Assembly: GCA_965228895.1 (NCBI GenBank)
Contig: OZ245842.1
Span: forward strand, 1,920,001-1,984,000
Direction of reading: 5' to 3'
Length of the DNA: 64,000 nt
From: Alphaproteobacteria bacterium
GTDB lineage: Bacteria > Pseudomonadota > Alphaproteobacteria > SP197
The position numbers were made by a program, and so were the translations under genes. Below are positions 27,117-50,919 of the stretch, in pieces. Under the pieces are notes generated by a model. That model saw only the letters and a list, made by a program, of their open reading frames with translations, was not told the DNA's origin and did no database searches. The number at the start of each line of letters is the position of its first letter. The stretch's first letter is position 1.

Positions 27117-27914
27117 TCATTTGGGCGGTTTGCGGCTCGGTCCAGTCTTTTCGAGACCCGAACGCAGGGCATAGAGCGCGACGGCCGCCGCATTGGAGAC
27201 ATTCAGGCTCGCCATACCGCCGGTATGGGGAATTTGCGCCATCACATCGCAGGCTTCGCGGCTCAACCGGCGTAATCCGGGCCCTTCGGCGCCCAGAACC
27301 AGAGCGACCGGTCCGTTGTCGGCCAATTGGTCGAGCGAGGTCGGTGCGTCGGCGTCCAGACCGACGATCCAGAAGCCCATCTTTTTCAGGTCGTCCAGGG
27401 CGCGCGCCAGATTGACGACGCGGACCATCGGCACCTTTTCAACGGCACCGGACGCCGCTTTGGTCAGCGCGCCGGTGGCCGTGGGCGAATGGCGGTCCTG
27501 AAGCACCACGGCTGAAGCGCCGAATGCCGCGGCAGAGCGAAGAATCGCGCCGATGTTGTGCGGATCGGTCACCTGATCGAGAACGACCACCAGATCGTGC
27601 CCGGAACAGGCCGATTGCAGGTCTTCAACGGGCAGGGGGTCGGCTTGCAGCGCCAGGCCTTGATGGACAGAGCCCGGGGCCAGGTGGCGGTCAATCTCCT
27701 GGCGATCGGTGGTCTTGATGGTGAGATCTTTGGGCAGATCGGCCTCTTTCTGGAGGGTCCTGAGCGCGTCGGCGGTTGCCATCAACAGGTGACAGCGCCG
27801 GGCCGGATTGGAAAGGGCGGCCAAAACGGGATGATGACCATATATCCACAGCCCCTGGTTGCCGCTTTTGCGGCCTTCGGAGCGGGGTTTTCGTGGGCGG
27901 TGCTTGCGATTCAT
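27117..27914 (-). CDS. rlmB: 23S rRNA (guanosine-2251-2'-O)-methyltransferase
   Basis: YGHHPV.AAL, HQG, LDQVTDPHNIGAILRSA, GAEG.GLR, SLNVSNAAAV SPOUT motifs. Confidence 0.93.
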   Translation of the reverse strand: MNRKHRPRKPRSEGRKSGNQGLWIYGHHPVLAALSNPARRCHLLMATADALRTLQKEADLPKDLTIKTTDRQEIDRHLAPGSVHQGLALQADPLPVEDLQSACSGHDLVVVLDQVTDPHNIGAILRSAAAFGASAVVLQDRHSPTATGALTKAASGAVEKVPMVRVVNLARALDDLKKMGFWIVGLDADAPTSLDQLADNGPVALVLGAEGPGLRRLSREACDVMAQIPHTGGMASLNVSNAAAVALYALRSGLEKTGPSRKPPK

Positions 27915-28014
27915 GAGGCCAATGTTATATGTTCAAAAACGACAAGCAGACACATCAATGACGTGCCGACGTGACGGACGCGGAGCGCGAAGTGGCGTTC
28001 GCGCTTCGTTTTCG

Positions 28015-28043
28015 TTGACAATATAGGAGAATTCCCATAGTTC
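28015..28043 (+). promoter_or_regulatory. Probable sigma70 promoter of the tRNA-Tyr/Gly-tuf operon
   Basis: Perfect TTGACA at 28015-28020, weak -10-like CATAGT(T) and GC-rich discriminator before tRNA-Tyr. Confidence 0.55.
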
Positions 28044-28080
28044 GCCTGCCTCCGGCGGCGGCGATGGTCATACGAAAACT

Positions 28081-28165
28081 GGAGGGATGCCTGAGTGGTT
28101 AAAAGGGACGGGCTGTAAACCCGTTGGCTATGCCTACGGTGGTTCGAATCCACCTCCCTCCACCA
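28081..28165 (+). tRNA. tRNA-Tyr(GTA)
   Basis: GGAGGGA acceptor, ACGGG-CTGTAAA-CCCGT anticodon arm, long variable arm, GGTTCGAATCC, CCA. Confidence 0.97.
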
Positions 28166-28220
28166 CCATCTGGCATCGCCGACGCGACGTTTGGAACGGG
28201 ACAGGAATCGCGGATCGAGC

Positions 28221-28294
28221 GCGGGTGTAGCTCAATGGTAGAGCCCCAGCCTTCCAAGCTGGTTATGCGGGTTCGATTCCCGTCGCCCGCTCCA
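28221..28294 (+). tRNA. tRNA-Gly(TCC)
   Basis: GCGGGTG acceptor, CCAGC-CTTCCAA-GCTGG arm, GTTCGATTC, TCCA end. Confidence 0.97.
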
Positions 28295-28365
28295 AATGAT
28301 GGAACAGAGACAACAACAGCCCGGATCGGCGGGTCAGCTTAAGTCTAAGTAGGAGACGGCGCAGG

Positions 28366-29556
<1,191 letters not shown>

Positions 29557-29583
29557 GGTTGGAGAGAACGCCTGACCGTGTTT

Positions 29584-29659
29584 AGGAGTGTAGCTCAATT
29601 GGTAGAGCACCGGTCTCCAAAACCGGGGGCTGTAGGTTCGAGTCCTACCACTCCTGCCA
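29584..29659 (+). tRNA. tRNA-Trp(CCA)
   Basis: AGGAGTG acceptor, CCGGT-CTCCAAA-ACCGG arm, GGTTCGAGTCC, CCA. Confidence 0.97.
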
Positions 29660-29671
29660 GGTGACAAGGTT

Positions 29672-29707
29672 GGTGGCGCCGGTCCGAAAAAGGACCTGGC
29701 GCCACCG
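29672..29707 (+). other. Strong hairpin between tRNA-Trp and secE
   Basis: GGTGGCGCC-GGTCC-GAAAAA-GGACC-T-GGCGCCACC with no U-tract. Confidence 0.55.
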
Positions 29708-29730
29708 TTGATACAGAGGAACAGTCGTTC

Positions 29731-29928
29731 ATGGCGAAGACATCGCCGGTCGAGTTTGTCCGTCAGGTCCGTCAGGAAGCCAGCAAGGTTACCTGGCCGA
29801 CCCGCAAGGAGACGCTGATTACCACCGCGACCGTGCTGGCCATGGTCGTGCTGGTGGCGCTGTTCTTCTTCTTAATCGACCAGTTTTTTGCCTGGGGCGT
29901 TCAGGTGATTTTGGGACTTGGAAACTAA
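29731..29928 (+). CDS. secE: Preprotein translocase subunit SecE
   Basis: FVRQVRQE..KVTWPTRKET followed by a TM helix. Confidence 0.97.
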   Translation: MAKTSPVEFVRQVRQEASKVTWPTRKETLITTATVLAMVVLVALFFFLIDQFFAWGVQVILGLGN

Positions 29929-29932
29929 GCGC

Positions 29933-30463
29933 ATGGCGCACCGTTGGTACATCGTGCATTGCTACTCCGGCTTCGAAAAGAAGGTCGCGCAGTCGATTCA
30001 GGAGCAGGCGGTGCAGCAGGGGCTTGAGGACATGTTCGAAAATGTTCTCGTGCCGTCTGAAGAAGTCGTCGAAATGCGTGGCGGCAAGAAAGTGTCATCG
30101 GAGCGCCGGTTTTTTCCGGGTTACGTCCTGGTGCGCATGGACATGACGGACCAGACATGGCACTTGGTGCGCAACACGCCGAAAGTGACGGGTTTCCTGG
30201 GCAGCGGTCAAAAGCCGATGCCGATCCCCGATCACGAAGCCGAGCGCGTTATGAGCCAGGTTCAAGAGGGTGTCGAGCGGCCGCGCCCGTCGATCACCTA
30301 CGAGATCGGCGAGACCGTCAGGGTCGCCGACGGACCGTTTACCTCGTTCAACGGCACCGTTCAGGAAGTCGACGAGGAGCGTGCCAGGCTGAAGGTCGCG
30401 GTTTCGATCTTCGGCCGCGCGACGCCGGTGGAACTGGAATACACACAGGTCGAAAAGACCTGA
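29933..30463 (+). CDS. nusG: Transcription termination/antitermination factor NusG
   Basis: RWYIVH.YSGFEKKV, FFPGYVLV, KOW motif DGPFTSFNG, SIFGRATPVEL. Confidence 0.98.
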   Translation: MAHRWYIVHCYSGFEKKVAQSIQEQAVQQGLEDMFENVLVPSEEVVEMRGGKKVSSERRFFPGYVLVRMDMTDQTWHLVRNTPKVTGFLGSGQKPMPIPDHEAERVMSQVQEGVERPRPSITYEIGETVRVADGPFTSFNGTVQEVDEERARLKVAVSIFGRATPVELEYTQVEKT

Positions 30464-30517
30464 CAATCAAGTGGCCCGGCCCGTTAGGGGCGGTCCGAAC
30501 ACAGGGTAAGACGTGAG

Positions 30518-30949
30518 ATGGCGAAGAAAGTCGCAGGATACATCAAACTGACGGTGCCGGCCGGCCAGGCCAACCCGTCGCCGCCGATCGGCCCGGCGCT
30601 GGGTCAGCGCGGTCTGAACATCGTCGAGTTCACCAAGGCGTTCAACGCGGCGACCCAGGACCATGATCCCGGCACGCCGCTGCCGACGGTGATCACGGCC
30701 TATCAGGACCGCACCTTCTCGTTCATTACCAAGACGCCGCCGGCGAGTTGGTACATCAAGAAGGCGGCCAAGCTGGAAAAGGGCAACGGCGAGACCGGAC
30801 GCACGGATCCGATCGGCAAGATCTCGATCGCGCAGGTGCGCGAGATCGCCGAAGCCAAAATGCCCGATTTGAACGCCAACGACATCGACGGCGCCGCCGA
30901 GATCATCAAGGGTTCGGCGCGTTCGATGGGTGTTGAGGTAGTGGAGTAG
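30518..30949 (+). CDS. rplK: 50S ribosomal protein L11
   Basis: [18 protein letters not shown]. Confidence 0.98.
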   Translation: MAKKVAGYIKLTVPAGQANPSPPIGPALGQRGLNIVEFTKAFNAATQDHDPGTPLPTVITAYQDRTFSFITKTPPASWYIKKAAKLEKGNGETGRTDPIGKISIAQVREIAEAKMPDLNANDIDGAAEIIKGSARSMGVEVVE

Positions 30950-30952
30950 ACC

Positions 30953-31657
30953 ATGTCGAAAGAAGGCAAACGCCATAGCGACGCCGCCAAGACCATCGAC
31001 CGCGAGCACCTCTATACGCTGGACGAAGCGGTCAAGATGGTGAAGGAAAACGCCAAGGCGAAGTTCGATGAGACGATCGAGCTCTCGGTCAATCTGAACG
31101 TCGATCCGCGCCACGCCGAGCAGATGGTGCGGGGCGTCGTTGACCTGCCCCATGGCTCCGGCAAGTCGATCCGGGTCGCGGTTTTCGCCAAGGGCGACAA
31201 GGCCGAAGAAGCCAAGGCTGCCGGCGCTGACCTGGTTGGCGCCGAGGATCTGGCTGAGAGCATCCAGAAGGGCCAGATCGACTTTGATCGCTGCATCGCG
31301 ACGCCGGACATGATGGCGGTCGTCGGCCGGCTGGGCAAAATCCTGGGGCCGCGCGGTCTGATGCCGAACCCGAAGCTGGGCACCGTGACGCCGGACGTGG
31401 CGGGCGCTGTCGGCTCGGCCAAGGCCGGCCAGGTTGAGTATCGCGTCGAGAAGGCCGGGATCATTCATGCCGGCGTCGGCAAGGCGAGCTTTTCCGAGGA
31501 CAACATCCTGGAAAATGCCAAGGCGCTGATGGACGCCGTGATCAAGGCCAAGCCCAGCGCGGTCAAAGGCACGTATATGAAGCGCGTGACGCTCAGTTCG
31601 ACCATGGGTCCCGGTGTCAAGATCGACCCGGTGAGCCTGCTGCCGAGCGCCGCGTAG
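30953..31657 (+). CDS. rplA: 50S ribosomal protein L1
   Basis: [31 protein letters not shown]. Confidence 0.98.
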   Translation: MSKEGKRHSDAAKTIDREHLYTLDEAVKMVKENAKAKFDETIELSVNLNVDPRHAEQMVRGVVDLPHGSGKSIRVAVFAKGDKAEEAKAAGADLVGAEDLAESIQKGQIDFDRCIATPDMMAVVGRLGKILGPRGLMPNPKLGTVTPDVAGAVGSAKAGQVEYRVEKAGIIHAGVGKASFSEDNILENAKALMDAVIKAKPSAVKGTYMKRVTLSSTMGPGVKIDPVSLLPSAA

Positions 31658-31720
31658 GAGAGTTGTTGGAATTCGGCGGCTTCGGCCGCTGACAGCGCCG
31701 CTTGTTATGGGTGGCGCGCC

Positions 31721-31783
31721 CCCTGTCCGAGATTGCCGGTGACCTCAGGGTCTTAAGGGCTTTTGCCGCCGACATGAGACGGG
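31721..31783 (+). ncRNA. L10 (rplJ) leader, autoregulatory RNA core
   Basis: CCTGTCCGAGATTGCCGGTG...CTTAA...CATGAGACGGG resembles the alphaproteobacterial L10 leader and lies in the 285-bp rplA-rplJ spacer. Confidence 0.7.
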
Positions 31784-31942
31784 AGACGAGACCAAATGTC
31801 GTGCCGGGTTTACCCGGCAGGTCGGATGGGTCTGACTTCCGGGGCAGGTCGTAACCCCGGTCCTTTTCGAAGGATCGGATTTCGTGTGAACCGGCCTGGT
31901 ATCGGGAGTGTGTCCCGACCGGCCCAACCCCCGGAGGAATCC

Positions 31943-32485
31943 GTGGAACGGGCAAGAAAAGAAGACATCGTCAACCAGCTCAACAGCGATATCGGCAATG
32001 CCGAGATGGTTGTTGTGACACGCCACGAAGGTCTCACGGTGGCTGAAGCGACGGAACTGAGGCGTGCCATGCGCGCGTCCGGCACGTCGTTCCGGGTCAC
32101 CAAGAACCGGCTGGCACTGCGTGCGCTTGGCGGTACGCCCTTTGAAGGCTTGAGCAAGCTCTTCACGGGACCGACCGCCGTCGCCTGTTCCGACGACCCG
32201 GTTGCAGCGGCCAAGGCGGCCGTCGATTTTGCCAAGAAGAACGAGAAGCTGATCGTTCTTGGCGGCCAGATGGGCGAACGCGAGCTTGATGCATCCGAGG
32301 TCGAACAGTTGGCCAAGCTGCCGTCGCTCGATGAGCTTCGCGGCACGATTGTCGGGCTTTTGCAGGCCCCCGCGACCAAGATCGCGATGGTTCTGCAGGC
32401 ACCGGCCGGTCAACTGGCGCGGGTTTTTGGGGCTTATGGCCAGACGGACGGCGATACCGCCGCCGATGCCGAAGCCGGTTCCTGA
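31943..32485 (+). CDS. rplJ: 50S ribosomal protein L10
   Basis: GTG start after GGAGG; GLTVAE..ELRR, RVTKNRLA, LAKLPSLDELR. Confidence 0.96.
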   Translation: MERARKEDIVNQLNSDIGNAEMVVVTRHEGLTVAEATELRRAMRASGTSFRVTKNRLALRALGGTPFEGLSKLFTGPTAVACSDDPVAAAKAAVDFAKKNEKLIVLGGQMGERELDASEVEQLAKLPSLDELRGTIVGLLQAPATKIAMVLQAPAGQLARVFGAYGQTDGDTAADAEAGS

Positions 32486-32527
32486 ACCCGTAGTCGCAAA
32501 CAGATTTGATTTTGTAGGAGAAGACCC

Positions 32528-32905
32528 ATGGCTGATCTGGAAAAACTGGCTGATGACCTGTCGTCGCTGACGGTGTTGGAAGCCGCCGAGTTGAGCAAGA
32601 TGCTCGAAGAGAAGTGGGGCGTCAGCGCCGCGGCGCCGGTCGCCGTTGCCGCAGCCCCCGGTGCCGCCGCTCCTGGCGAGGCTGCCGAAGAGAAGACCGA
32701 GTTTGACGTTGTCTTGGCCAGCTTTGGCGAGAAGAAGATCAACGTCATTAAGGAAGTCCGTGCGATCACGGGACTTGGCCTGAAAGAAGCCAAGGACCTG
32801 GTCGAAGGCGCGCCCAAGCCGGTCAAGGAAGGCGTGGCGAAGGAAGAGGCCGAAGAGATCAAGAAACAGCTCGAAGAAGCTGGCGCGACGGTCGAGGTCA
32901 AATAA
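32528..32905 (+). CDS. rplL: 50S ribosomal protein L7/L12
   Basis: [48 protein letters not shown]. Confidence 0.99.
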   Translation: MADLEKLADDLSSLTVLEAAELSKMLEEKWGVSAAAPVAVAAAPGAAAPGEAAEEKTEFDVVLASFGEKKINVIKEVRAITGLGLKEAKDLVEGAPKPVKEGVAKEEAEEIKKQLEEAGATVEVK

Positions 32906-33113
32906 GACCGGTGACTGGCCCAGTCTCCCGTTCCGGAGAGACATCGCGGCCCGTTGCCTGTCGCCGTACAGGACGCGGCCGCTGATGCGCCCCGGTGCAG
33001 CGATGCACCAGGGGGTATCGGCGCGCCGCGCCTGCGGCGTCTGAACAGGTGGTGATCTGCATGGCCGTTGTGGCCAAGCGGAATGTTGAAGAATAACGAA
33101 GGTGCATAAAGAC

Positions 33114-41472
<8,359 letters not shown>

Positions 41473-41486
41473 TCGAGGGGACTTGG

Positions 41487-41540
41487 CGAGGGTCGGCGAT
41501 AAGCCGGCCCTCGACCCCCGAAAATCCGCTCTTTTTCTTG
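41487..41540 (+). terminator. Hairpin after rpoC
   Basis: CGAGGGTCGGC-GATAA-GCCGGCCCTCG; T-rich tract about 20 bp downstream. Confidence 0.5.
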
Positions 41541-41550
41541 GGTTTTCGTG

Positions 41551-41579
41551 TTGACCTGCTATAGGCGCGTGACTATATT
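41551..41579 (+). promoter_or_regulatory. sigma70 promoter of the str operon
   Basis: TTGACC-N17-TATATT followed by a GC-rich discriminator. Confidence 0.75.
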
Positions 41580-41734
41580 CCGCGCTCTCGCGGTGCCGGG
41601 GATTCGGTAACGTCGACCTAACCGCGAGCAGAACAAGCATACGCGATAATGTCAGGCCTCGGGCGAAACGCCGTCTGAGCGGTTCGGGGCCGATGTTTTC
41701 GCGTGTTTATTGGTAGAAGGATGAGGTTCGGTCC

Positions 41735-42106
41735 ATGCCGACGGTGAATCAACTGGTTCGCAAGCCGCGTAAGCCGCGGCGCGCACGCAACAAGGTCCCC
41801 GCTTTGGAGGCCTGTCCGCAGAAGCGGGGCGTGTGCACGCGTGTCTATACGACAACCCCGAAGAAGCCGAATTCGGCCCTTCGTAAGGTCGCGCGCGTCC
41901 GGTTGACCAACGGTTTTGAGGTTTCGAGCTATATCCCGGGTGAAGGGCATAACCTTCAGGAGCATTCCGTGGTCTTGATCCGCGGCGGCCGCGTGAAGGA
42001 CCTTCCGGGCGTGCGCTACCATATCGTGCGCGGCACCCTGGACACCCAGGGCGTATCGAACCGCCGTCAGGGCCGTTCGAAATACGGCGCCAAGCGACCG
42101 AAATAA
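41735..42106 (+). CDS. rpsL: 30S ribosomal protein S12
   Basis: [21 protein letters not shown]. Confidence 0.99.
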   Translation: MPTVNQLVRKPRKPRRARNKVPALEACPQKRGVCTRVYTTTPKKPNSALRKVARVRLTNGFEVSSYIPGEGHNLQEHSVVLIRGGRVKDLPGVRYHIVRGTLDTQGVSNRRQGRSKYGAKRPK

Positions 42107-42589
<483 letters not shown>

Positions 42590-42653
42590 CGGCTGAACAC
42601 CTCCCGCGCTGCTGGTAACCCGGGGCCAGCGGGCCCCAAGGACGAGCAAGACG

Positions 42654-44729
<2,076 letters not shown>

Positions 44730-44774
44730 GCTCCTTACTTATTGGATAAGCTTTAGCCGAACGGAACGAGAGAT

Positions 44775-45965
<1,191 letters not shown>

Positions 45966-45996
45966 GCCGGAAGCGGATAAGCAGGAGTAAAGGTAA

Positions 45997-46305
<309 letters not shown>

Positions 46306-46321
46306 GTTAGGGACCGGAACT

Positions 46322-47155
46322 ATGCGTACCGGAATGATCGCACGTAAGCTGGGCATGAGCCGCGTCTTCACAGACGACGGCCGTCATGTGCCGGTGACCG
46401 TGCTGCAAATCGAAGACAACCAGGTGGTTGGCCAGCGTACGGCCGAAAGTCACGGCTACACCGCATTGCAAGTGGGTGCGACCCCGGCCAAGGTGAAGCA
46501 TCTCACGAAGTCGGTGCGCGGCCAGTTCGCCAAGGCGGGTATCGAGCCGAAGCGTCGGCTGGTCGAGTTCCGCGTGACCGAAGATGCCCTGGTGCCGGTC
46601 GGCGCCAAGCTCGCAGCGACCCACTTTGTCCCAGGCCAGACGGTTGACGTGACGGGCACGTCGAAGGGCAAGGGTTTTGCTGGTGTCATGAAGCGCCACA
46701 ACTTCGGCGGCATGCGCGCCAGCCATGGTGTCTCGGTGTCGCATCGCGCCCATGGTTCGACCGGTAACAGTCAAGATCCCGGTCGCGTCTTCAAAGGCAA
46801 GAAGATGGCGGGCCACATGGGCGACACGAAGGTGACGACCCAGAACCTGGAAGTTGTCGAGACCGATGCCGATCAGGGGTTGATCCTGGTCCGTGGCGCG
46901 GTCCCTGGCGCCAAGAACAGCTATGTCCTGGTCTATGACGCGGTCAAGGGCACGTTGCCAGACGACGTGCCGTTCCCGGCAGGTCTGATCGAAGACGGTG
47001 CGAGCGCGGCCGACGAAGCGCCTGCTGAGGCGGCTGAGGACGCCGCGCCCGAGGCCAGCGAGCCGGAAGCCAGTGATGATGCGGGTGCCGACGATAGCGC
47101 CGCCGACGAAGCGGCGGATGCTGGCGACGGCGACGATGGTCAAAAGGAAACGTAA
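46322..47155 (+). CDS. rplC: 50S ribosomal protein L3 with acidic C-terminal extension
   Basis: KLGMSRVF...[37 protein letters not shown]. Confidence 0.98.
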   Translation: MRTGMIARKLGMSRVFTDDGRHVPVTVLQIEDNQVVGQRTAESHGYTALQVGATPAKVKHLTKSVRGQFAKAGIEPKRRLVEFRVTEDALVPVGAKLAATHFVPGQTVDVTGTSKGKGFAGVMKRHNFGGMRASHGVSVSHRAHGSTGNSQDPGRVFKGKKMAGHMGDTKVTTQNLEVVETDADQGLILVRGAVPGAKNSYVLVYDAVKGTLPDDVPFPAGLIEDGASAADEAPAEAAEDAAPEASEPEASDDAGADDSAADEAADAGDGDDGQKET

Positions 47156-47158
47156 GCC

Positions 47159-47779
47159 ATGAAGGCCGACATCGTAACGTTCGATAACAAGAAGCAGGGC
47201 TCGGTCGAGCTTGCTGATGCCGTCTTCGGTTTGCCGGAGCGCGCCGATATCCTGGCACGCGTGGTGAACTGGCAGCTCGCCAAGCGGCGGGCTGGCACGC
47301 ACAGCACGAAGTCGACCGGCGAGGTCATGGGTTCAACAGCCAAGATCTTTCGCCAGAAGGGCACCGGCCGGGCACGCCATGGCAGCCGTAAGACAAACAT
47401 CTTCCGCGGTGGCGCGGTCGGCCACGGTCCGGTGCCGCACAGCCATGCCTATAAGCTGCCGAAGAAGGTCCGTGCACTCGGTCTGAAGACCGCACTGTCG
47501 GTCAAGCAGGCTGAAGGCAAGCTGATTGTTGTCGAGAGCGGGAAGCTTTCCAGCCCGAAGACAAGGGATTTCGTCAAGCAGCTTGGCGACATGGGTGTGT
47601 CTTCGGCTTTGATCGTCGACGGTAGCGATCTCGACGACAATCTCTGCATGGCGGTGGCGAATATCCCGGGCATCGACGTGGTGCCCAGTATCGGCGCCAA
47701 CGTTTACGACATCATGCGGCGCGATACGCTGGTCCTGACCAAGGACGCGGTCGAGGCCCTGCAAGCGAGGCTGTCATGA
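47159..47779 (+). CDS. rplD: 50S ribosomal protein L4
   Basis: RQKGTGRARHGS, FRGG...HGP. Confidence 0.98.
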   Translation: MKADIVTFDNKKQGSVELADAVFGLPERADILARVVNWQLAKRRAGTHSTKSTGEVMGSTAKIFRQKGTGRARHGSRKTNIFRGGAVGHGPVPHSHAYKLPKKVRALGLKTALSVKQAEGKLIVVESGKLSSPKTRDFVKQLGDMGVSSALIVDGSDLDDNLCMAVANIPGIDVVPSIGANVYDIMRRDTLVLTKDAVEALQARLS

Positions 47780-48069
47780 GTTTGGAAAAGCACTACGACA
47801 TCATTCGCGGGCCGATCGTGACCGAGAAGTCGACCCAAGGCAGCATGTACAACCAGGTGACATTCCGGGTCGATGTGCGTGCCTCGAAGCCTGAGATCAA
47901 GAAGGCGGTCGAAGCGTTGTTCAAGGTCGAGGTCGCCAAGGTCAACACGCTGAATCAGGCGGGCAAGACGAAGCGCTTTCGCGGTCGCCTGGGCCAGCGC
48001 AATGCGATCAAAAAAGCGATCGTGACCCTGAAAGAAGGTCACACGATCGACGTGACGTCGGGAGTTTAG
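47776..48069 (+). CDS. rplW: 50S ribosomal protein L23
   Basis: [32 protein letters not shown]. Confidence 0.98.
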   Translation: MSLEKHYDIIRGPIVTEKSTQGSMYNQVTFRVDVRASKPEIKKAVEALFKVEVAKVNTLNQAGKTKRFRGRLGQRNAIKKAIVTLKEGHTIDVTSGV

Positions 48070-48070
48070 G

Positions 48071-48907
48071 ATGGCGCTGAAGGTCTATAAGCCCAACACG
48101 CCTGGTCAACGCGGCCTGGTTCAGGTCGATCGCCGGCAGCTCCACAAGGGCAAGCCGGTGAAGGAACTGACCGAGGGGCTGACGAAGTCGGGCGGGCGCA
48201 ACGCCAACGGCCGTATCACGACGCGTCATCGTGGTGGCGGTCATAAGCGGCGCTATCGTCTGATCGACTTCAAGCGTAAGAAGTTCGATGTCGGCGCCAC
48301 CGTCGAGCGGCTGGAGTACGATCCCAACCGGTCGTCGTTCATCGCGCTCTTGAAGTACGAAGACGGTGAGCAGGCTTACATCATTGCGCCCCAGCGGCTG
48401 AACCCGGGCGACCGGGTGATCGCCGGTGACCGGGTTGATATCAAGCCCGGTAACGCGATGCCGCTGCAGAACATTCCGGTCGGCACGATCGTCCACAATG
48501 TGGAGATGCGTGCCGGGGCCGGTGGCAAGTTGGCGCGTTCGGCCGGCACCTATGTGCAGTTGATCGGCAAGGACCAGGGTTACGCGCAGCTTCGCCTGAC
48601 ATCGGGCGAGATGCGCATGGTGCGTGGCGAGTGCATGGCGACCATTGGTGCCGTGTCGAACCCGGACCACCAGAACATCAAGCTTGGCAAGGCCGGTCGC
48701 AGCCGGTGGAAAGGCAAGCGCCCGACGGTTCGCGGCGTCGCCATGAACCCGGTCGACCATCCCCATGGTGGTGGCGAGGGCCGCACCAGCGGTGGCCGTC
48801 ATCCGGTGTCGCCGTGGGGCAAGCCGACCAAGGGTGCGAGGACCCGTCATGCCAAGAAGCGCAGCGACTCGCTGATCATCGCGCGGCGCAAGCGCAAGAA
48901 GAAGTAG
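48071..48907 (+). CDS. rplB: 50S ribosomal protein L2
   Basis: [32 protein letters not shown]. Confidence 0.99.
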   Translation: MALKVYKPNTPGQRGLVQVDRRQLHKGKPVKELTEGLTKSGGRNANGRITTRHRGGGHKRRYRLIDFKRKKFDVGATVERLEYDPNRSSFIALLKYEDGEQAYIIAPQRLNPGDRVIAGDRVDIKPGNAMPLQNIPVGTIVHNVEMRAGAGGKLARSAGTYVQLIGKDQGYAQLRLTSGEMRMVRGECMATIGAVSNPDHQNIKLGKAGRSRWKGKRPTVRGVAMNPVDHPHGGGEGRTSGGRHPVSPWGKPTKGARTRHAKKRSDSLIIARRKRKKK

Positions 48908-48918
48908 GAGGTAACGAC

Positions 48919-49197
48919 GTGGCACGTTCAGTTTGGAAGGGTCCCTTTGTCGACGGCTATCTGTTGAAGAAAGCCGAGACGGTGAGGGAGTCCGGGCGCA
49001 AGGAGGTCATCAAGACCTGGTCGCGCCGCTCGACCATCATGCCGCAGTTCGTCGGCCTGACATTCGGTGTCTATAACGGCCAGAAGCACCTGCCGGTGCT
49101 GGTGACCGAGAACATGGTCGGCCACAAGTTCGGTGAGTTTTCGCCGACCCGCGTGTTCCACGGCCATGCTGCCGATAAGAAGGCGAAGAGGGCCTGA
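48919..49197 (+). CDS. rpsS: 30S ribosomal protein S19
   Basis: GTG start after AGGAGG; [30 protein letters not shown]. Confidence 0.98.
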   Translation: MARSVWKGPFVDGYLLKKAETVRESGRKEVIKTWSRRSTIMPQFVGLTFGVYNGQKHLPVLVTENMVGHKFGEFSPTRVFHGHAADKKAKRA

Positions 49198-49199
49198 TC

Positions 49200-49580
49200 A
49201 TGAGCAAACGTACGGCACCGCGCCGCCAGGCTGACAACGAGGCACGCGCCATGGCGCGCTCGCTTCCGATCAGCCCGCAGAAGCTGAACCTGGTCGCCCA
49301 GTCGATCCGGGGCAAGCCGGTGAGCAAGGCGTTGGCCGATCTGTCGTTTTCGCACCGGCGCATCGCCGTCGACGTGAAGAAGGCGTTGCAGTCGGCCATC
49401 GCGAACGCGGAGAACAATCACGGCCTGGACGTCGACCGCCTGGTGGTGGCCGATGCCTCGGTCGGTCCGAGCTTGAAGATGCGGCGTTTCCGACCCGCTG
49501 GTCGCGGCCGGGTGCATCCCTATCGCAAGCTGTTCAGCAATATCGAGATCATCGTCCGCGAAGCGGAAGAGGACTACTGA
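49200..49580 (+). CDS. rplV: 50S ribosomal protein L22
   Basis: [26 protein letters not shown]; position in the S10 operon. Confidence 0.97.
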   Translation: MSKRTAPRRQADNEARAMARSLPISPQKLNLVAQSIRGKPVSKALADLSFSHRRIAVDVKKALQSAIANAENNHGLDVDRLVVADASVGPSLKMRRFRPAGRGRVHPYRKLFSNIEIIVREAEEDY

Positions 49581-50269
49581 TGGGTCACAAGGTTAATCCG
49601 GTCGGGCTTCGCCTCGGCATCAACCGCACCTGGGATTCGCGCTGGTACGCCGAAGGTGATGAATACGCACGGTTGCTGCACGAAGATCTGAAGATCCGCG
49701 ACTATATTCAGGGCCGCTTGAAGCAGGCCGGCATCAGCAAGATCGTGATTGAGCGCCCGGCCAACAAGGCACGCATCACCATTCACACGGCCCGTCCGGG
49801 TGTGGTGATCGGCAAGCGCGGCGCCGATATCGAGAAGCTGAAGACCGATCTGCAGCGCATGACCCACGGTGAAGTCGCGGTCAACATCGTCGAGATCCGC
49901 AAGCCGGAAATCGATGCCCAGTTGGTCGCCGAGAACGTCGCCCAGCAGCTTGAGCGTCGCATCTCGTTCCGGCGCGCCATGAAGCGTGCCGTTCAGTCGG
50001 CCATGCGCTTGGGCGCCCAGGGTATCCGGATCAATGTCGGCGGCCGCTTGGGCGGCGCCGAGATCGCCCGTGTCGAGTGGTATCGCGAAGGCCGTGTGCC
50101 GCTTCACACGTTGCGCGCCGATATCGATTTTGGGCGGGTCACCGCCAACACGGCCTATGGCAGCATCGGCATCAAGGTCTGGGTCTTCAAGGGCGAGATC
50201 CTGGGTCACGATCCGCTGGCGCAGGAAAAGCGCGCTCTGGAAGTCCAGGGCGGCCAGGCCCGTATGTGA
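49580..50269 (+). CDS. rpsC: 30S ribosomal protein S3
   Basis: [37 protein letters not shown]. Confidence 0.99.
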   Translation: MGHKVNPVGLRLGINRTWDSRWYAEGDEYARLLHEDLKIRDYIQGRLKQAGISKIVIERPANKARITIHTARPGVVIGKRGADIEKLKTDLQRMTHGEVAVNIVEIRKPEIDAQLVAENVAQQLERRISFRRAMKRAVQSAMRLGAQGIRINVGGRLGGAEIARVEWYREGRVPLHTLRADIDFGRVTANTAYGSIGIKVWVFKGEILGHDPLAQEKRALEVQGGQARM

Positions 50270-50283
50270 TCGGAGCAGGTTAG

Positions 50284-50694
50284 ATGTTAAGTCCGAAACG
50301 CACCAAGTACCGCAAGGCGCATAAGGGCCGTATCCACGGCAACGCCAAGGGCTATACGTCCCTGAACTTTGGTGCCTATGGCATGAAGGCGCAGGCGCCT
50401 GGCCGTATTACCGCGCGCCAGATCGAAGCGGCGCGTCGCGCCATTACGCGCTACATGAAGCGTGCGGGCCGCGTCTGGGTCACCGTCTTCCCGGATGTTC
50501 CGGTGTCCAGCAAGCCGGCCGAAGTGCGCATGGGTAAGGGCAAGGGTTCGCCCGAGTTCTGGATGGCGCGCGTCAAGCCGGGCCGGATCATGTTCGAACT
50601 GGACGGCGTCAGCGAGGATGTTGCCCGCGAAGCCATCCGCCTGGGTGCGGCCAAGCTGCCGATCCCGGTCAAATTCATTCAGCGCCTGCACTGA
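50284..50694 (+). CDS. rplP: 50S ribosomal protein L16
   Basis: [20 protein letters not shown]. Confidence 0.99.
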   Translation: MLSPKRTKYRKAHKGRIHGNAKGYTSLNFGAYGMKAQAPGRITARQIEAARRAITRYMKRAGRVWVTVFPDVPVSSKPAEVRMGKGKGSPEFWMARVKPGRIMFELDGVSEDVAREAIRLGAAKLPIPVKFIQRLH

Positions 50695-50705
50695 GGGAGG
50701 TTGTC

Positions 50706-50903
50706 ATGAAAGCTGCCGATGTGCGCGCCCAGTCGCCTGATGAACTGAAAGACGAGCTCCTGACGCTGAAGAAGGAGCAGTTCAACCTGCGCTTTCAGCA
50801 GGCGACAGGCCAGCTTGAGAACACCGCCCGCGCGCGCCAGGTCCGGCGCGACATCGCCCGTATCAAAACCGTCCTGGCCGAACACGCCAGGGCCGGTTCG
50901 TAA
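50706..50903 (+). CDS. rpmC: 50S ribosomal protein L29
   Basis: [26 protein letters not shown]. Confidence 0.98.
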   Translation: MKAADVRAQSPDELKDELLTLKKEQFNLRFQQATGQLENTARARQVRRDIARIKTVLAEHARAGS

Positions 50904-50919
50904 GAGGAGAGAGAACGAG

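Noticed and set aside
31796-31942. N-terminal extensions in the tracked ORFs for rplJ, and likewise recA, rplC, rpsS, rpsQ, rpsK and the HAD gene
   Set aside because: Longest-ORF artefacts; downstream starts match the conserved N-termini and mostly have a proper RBS or overlap the upstream stop.
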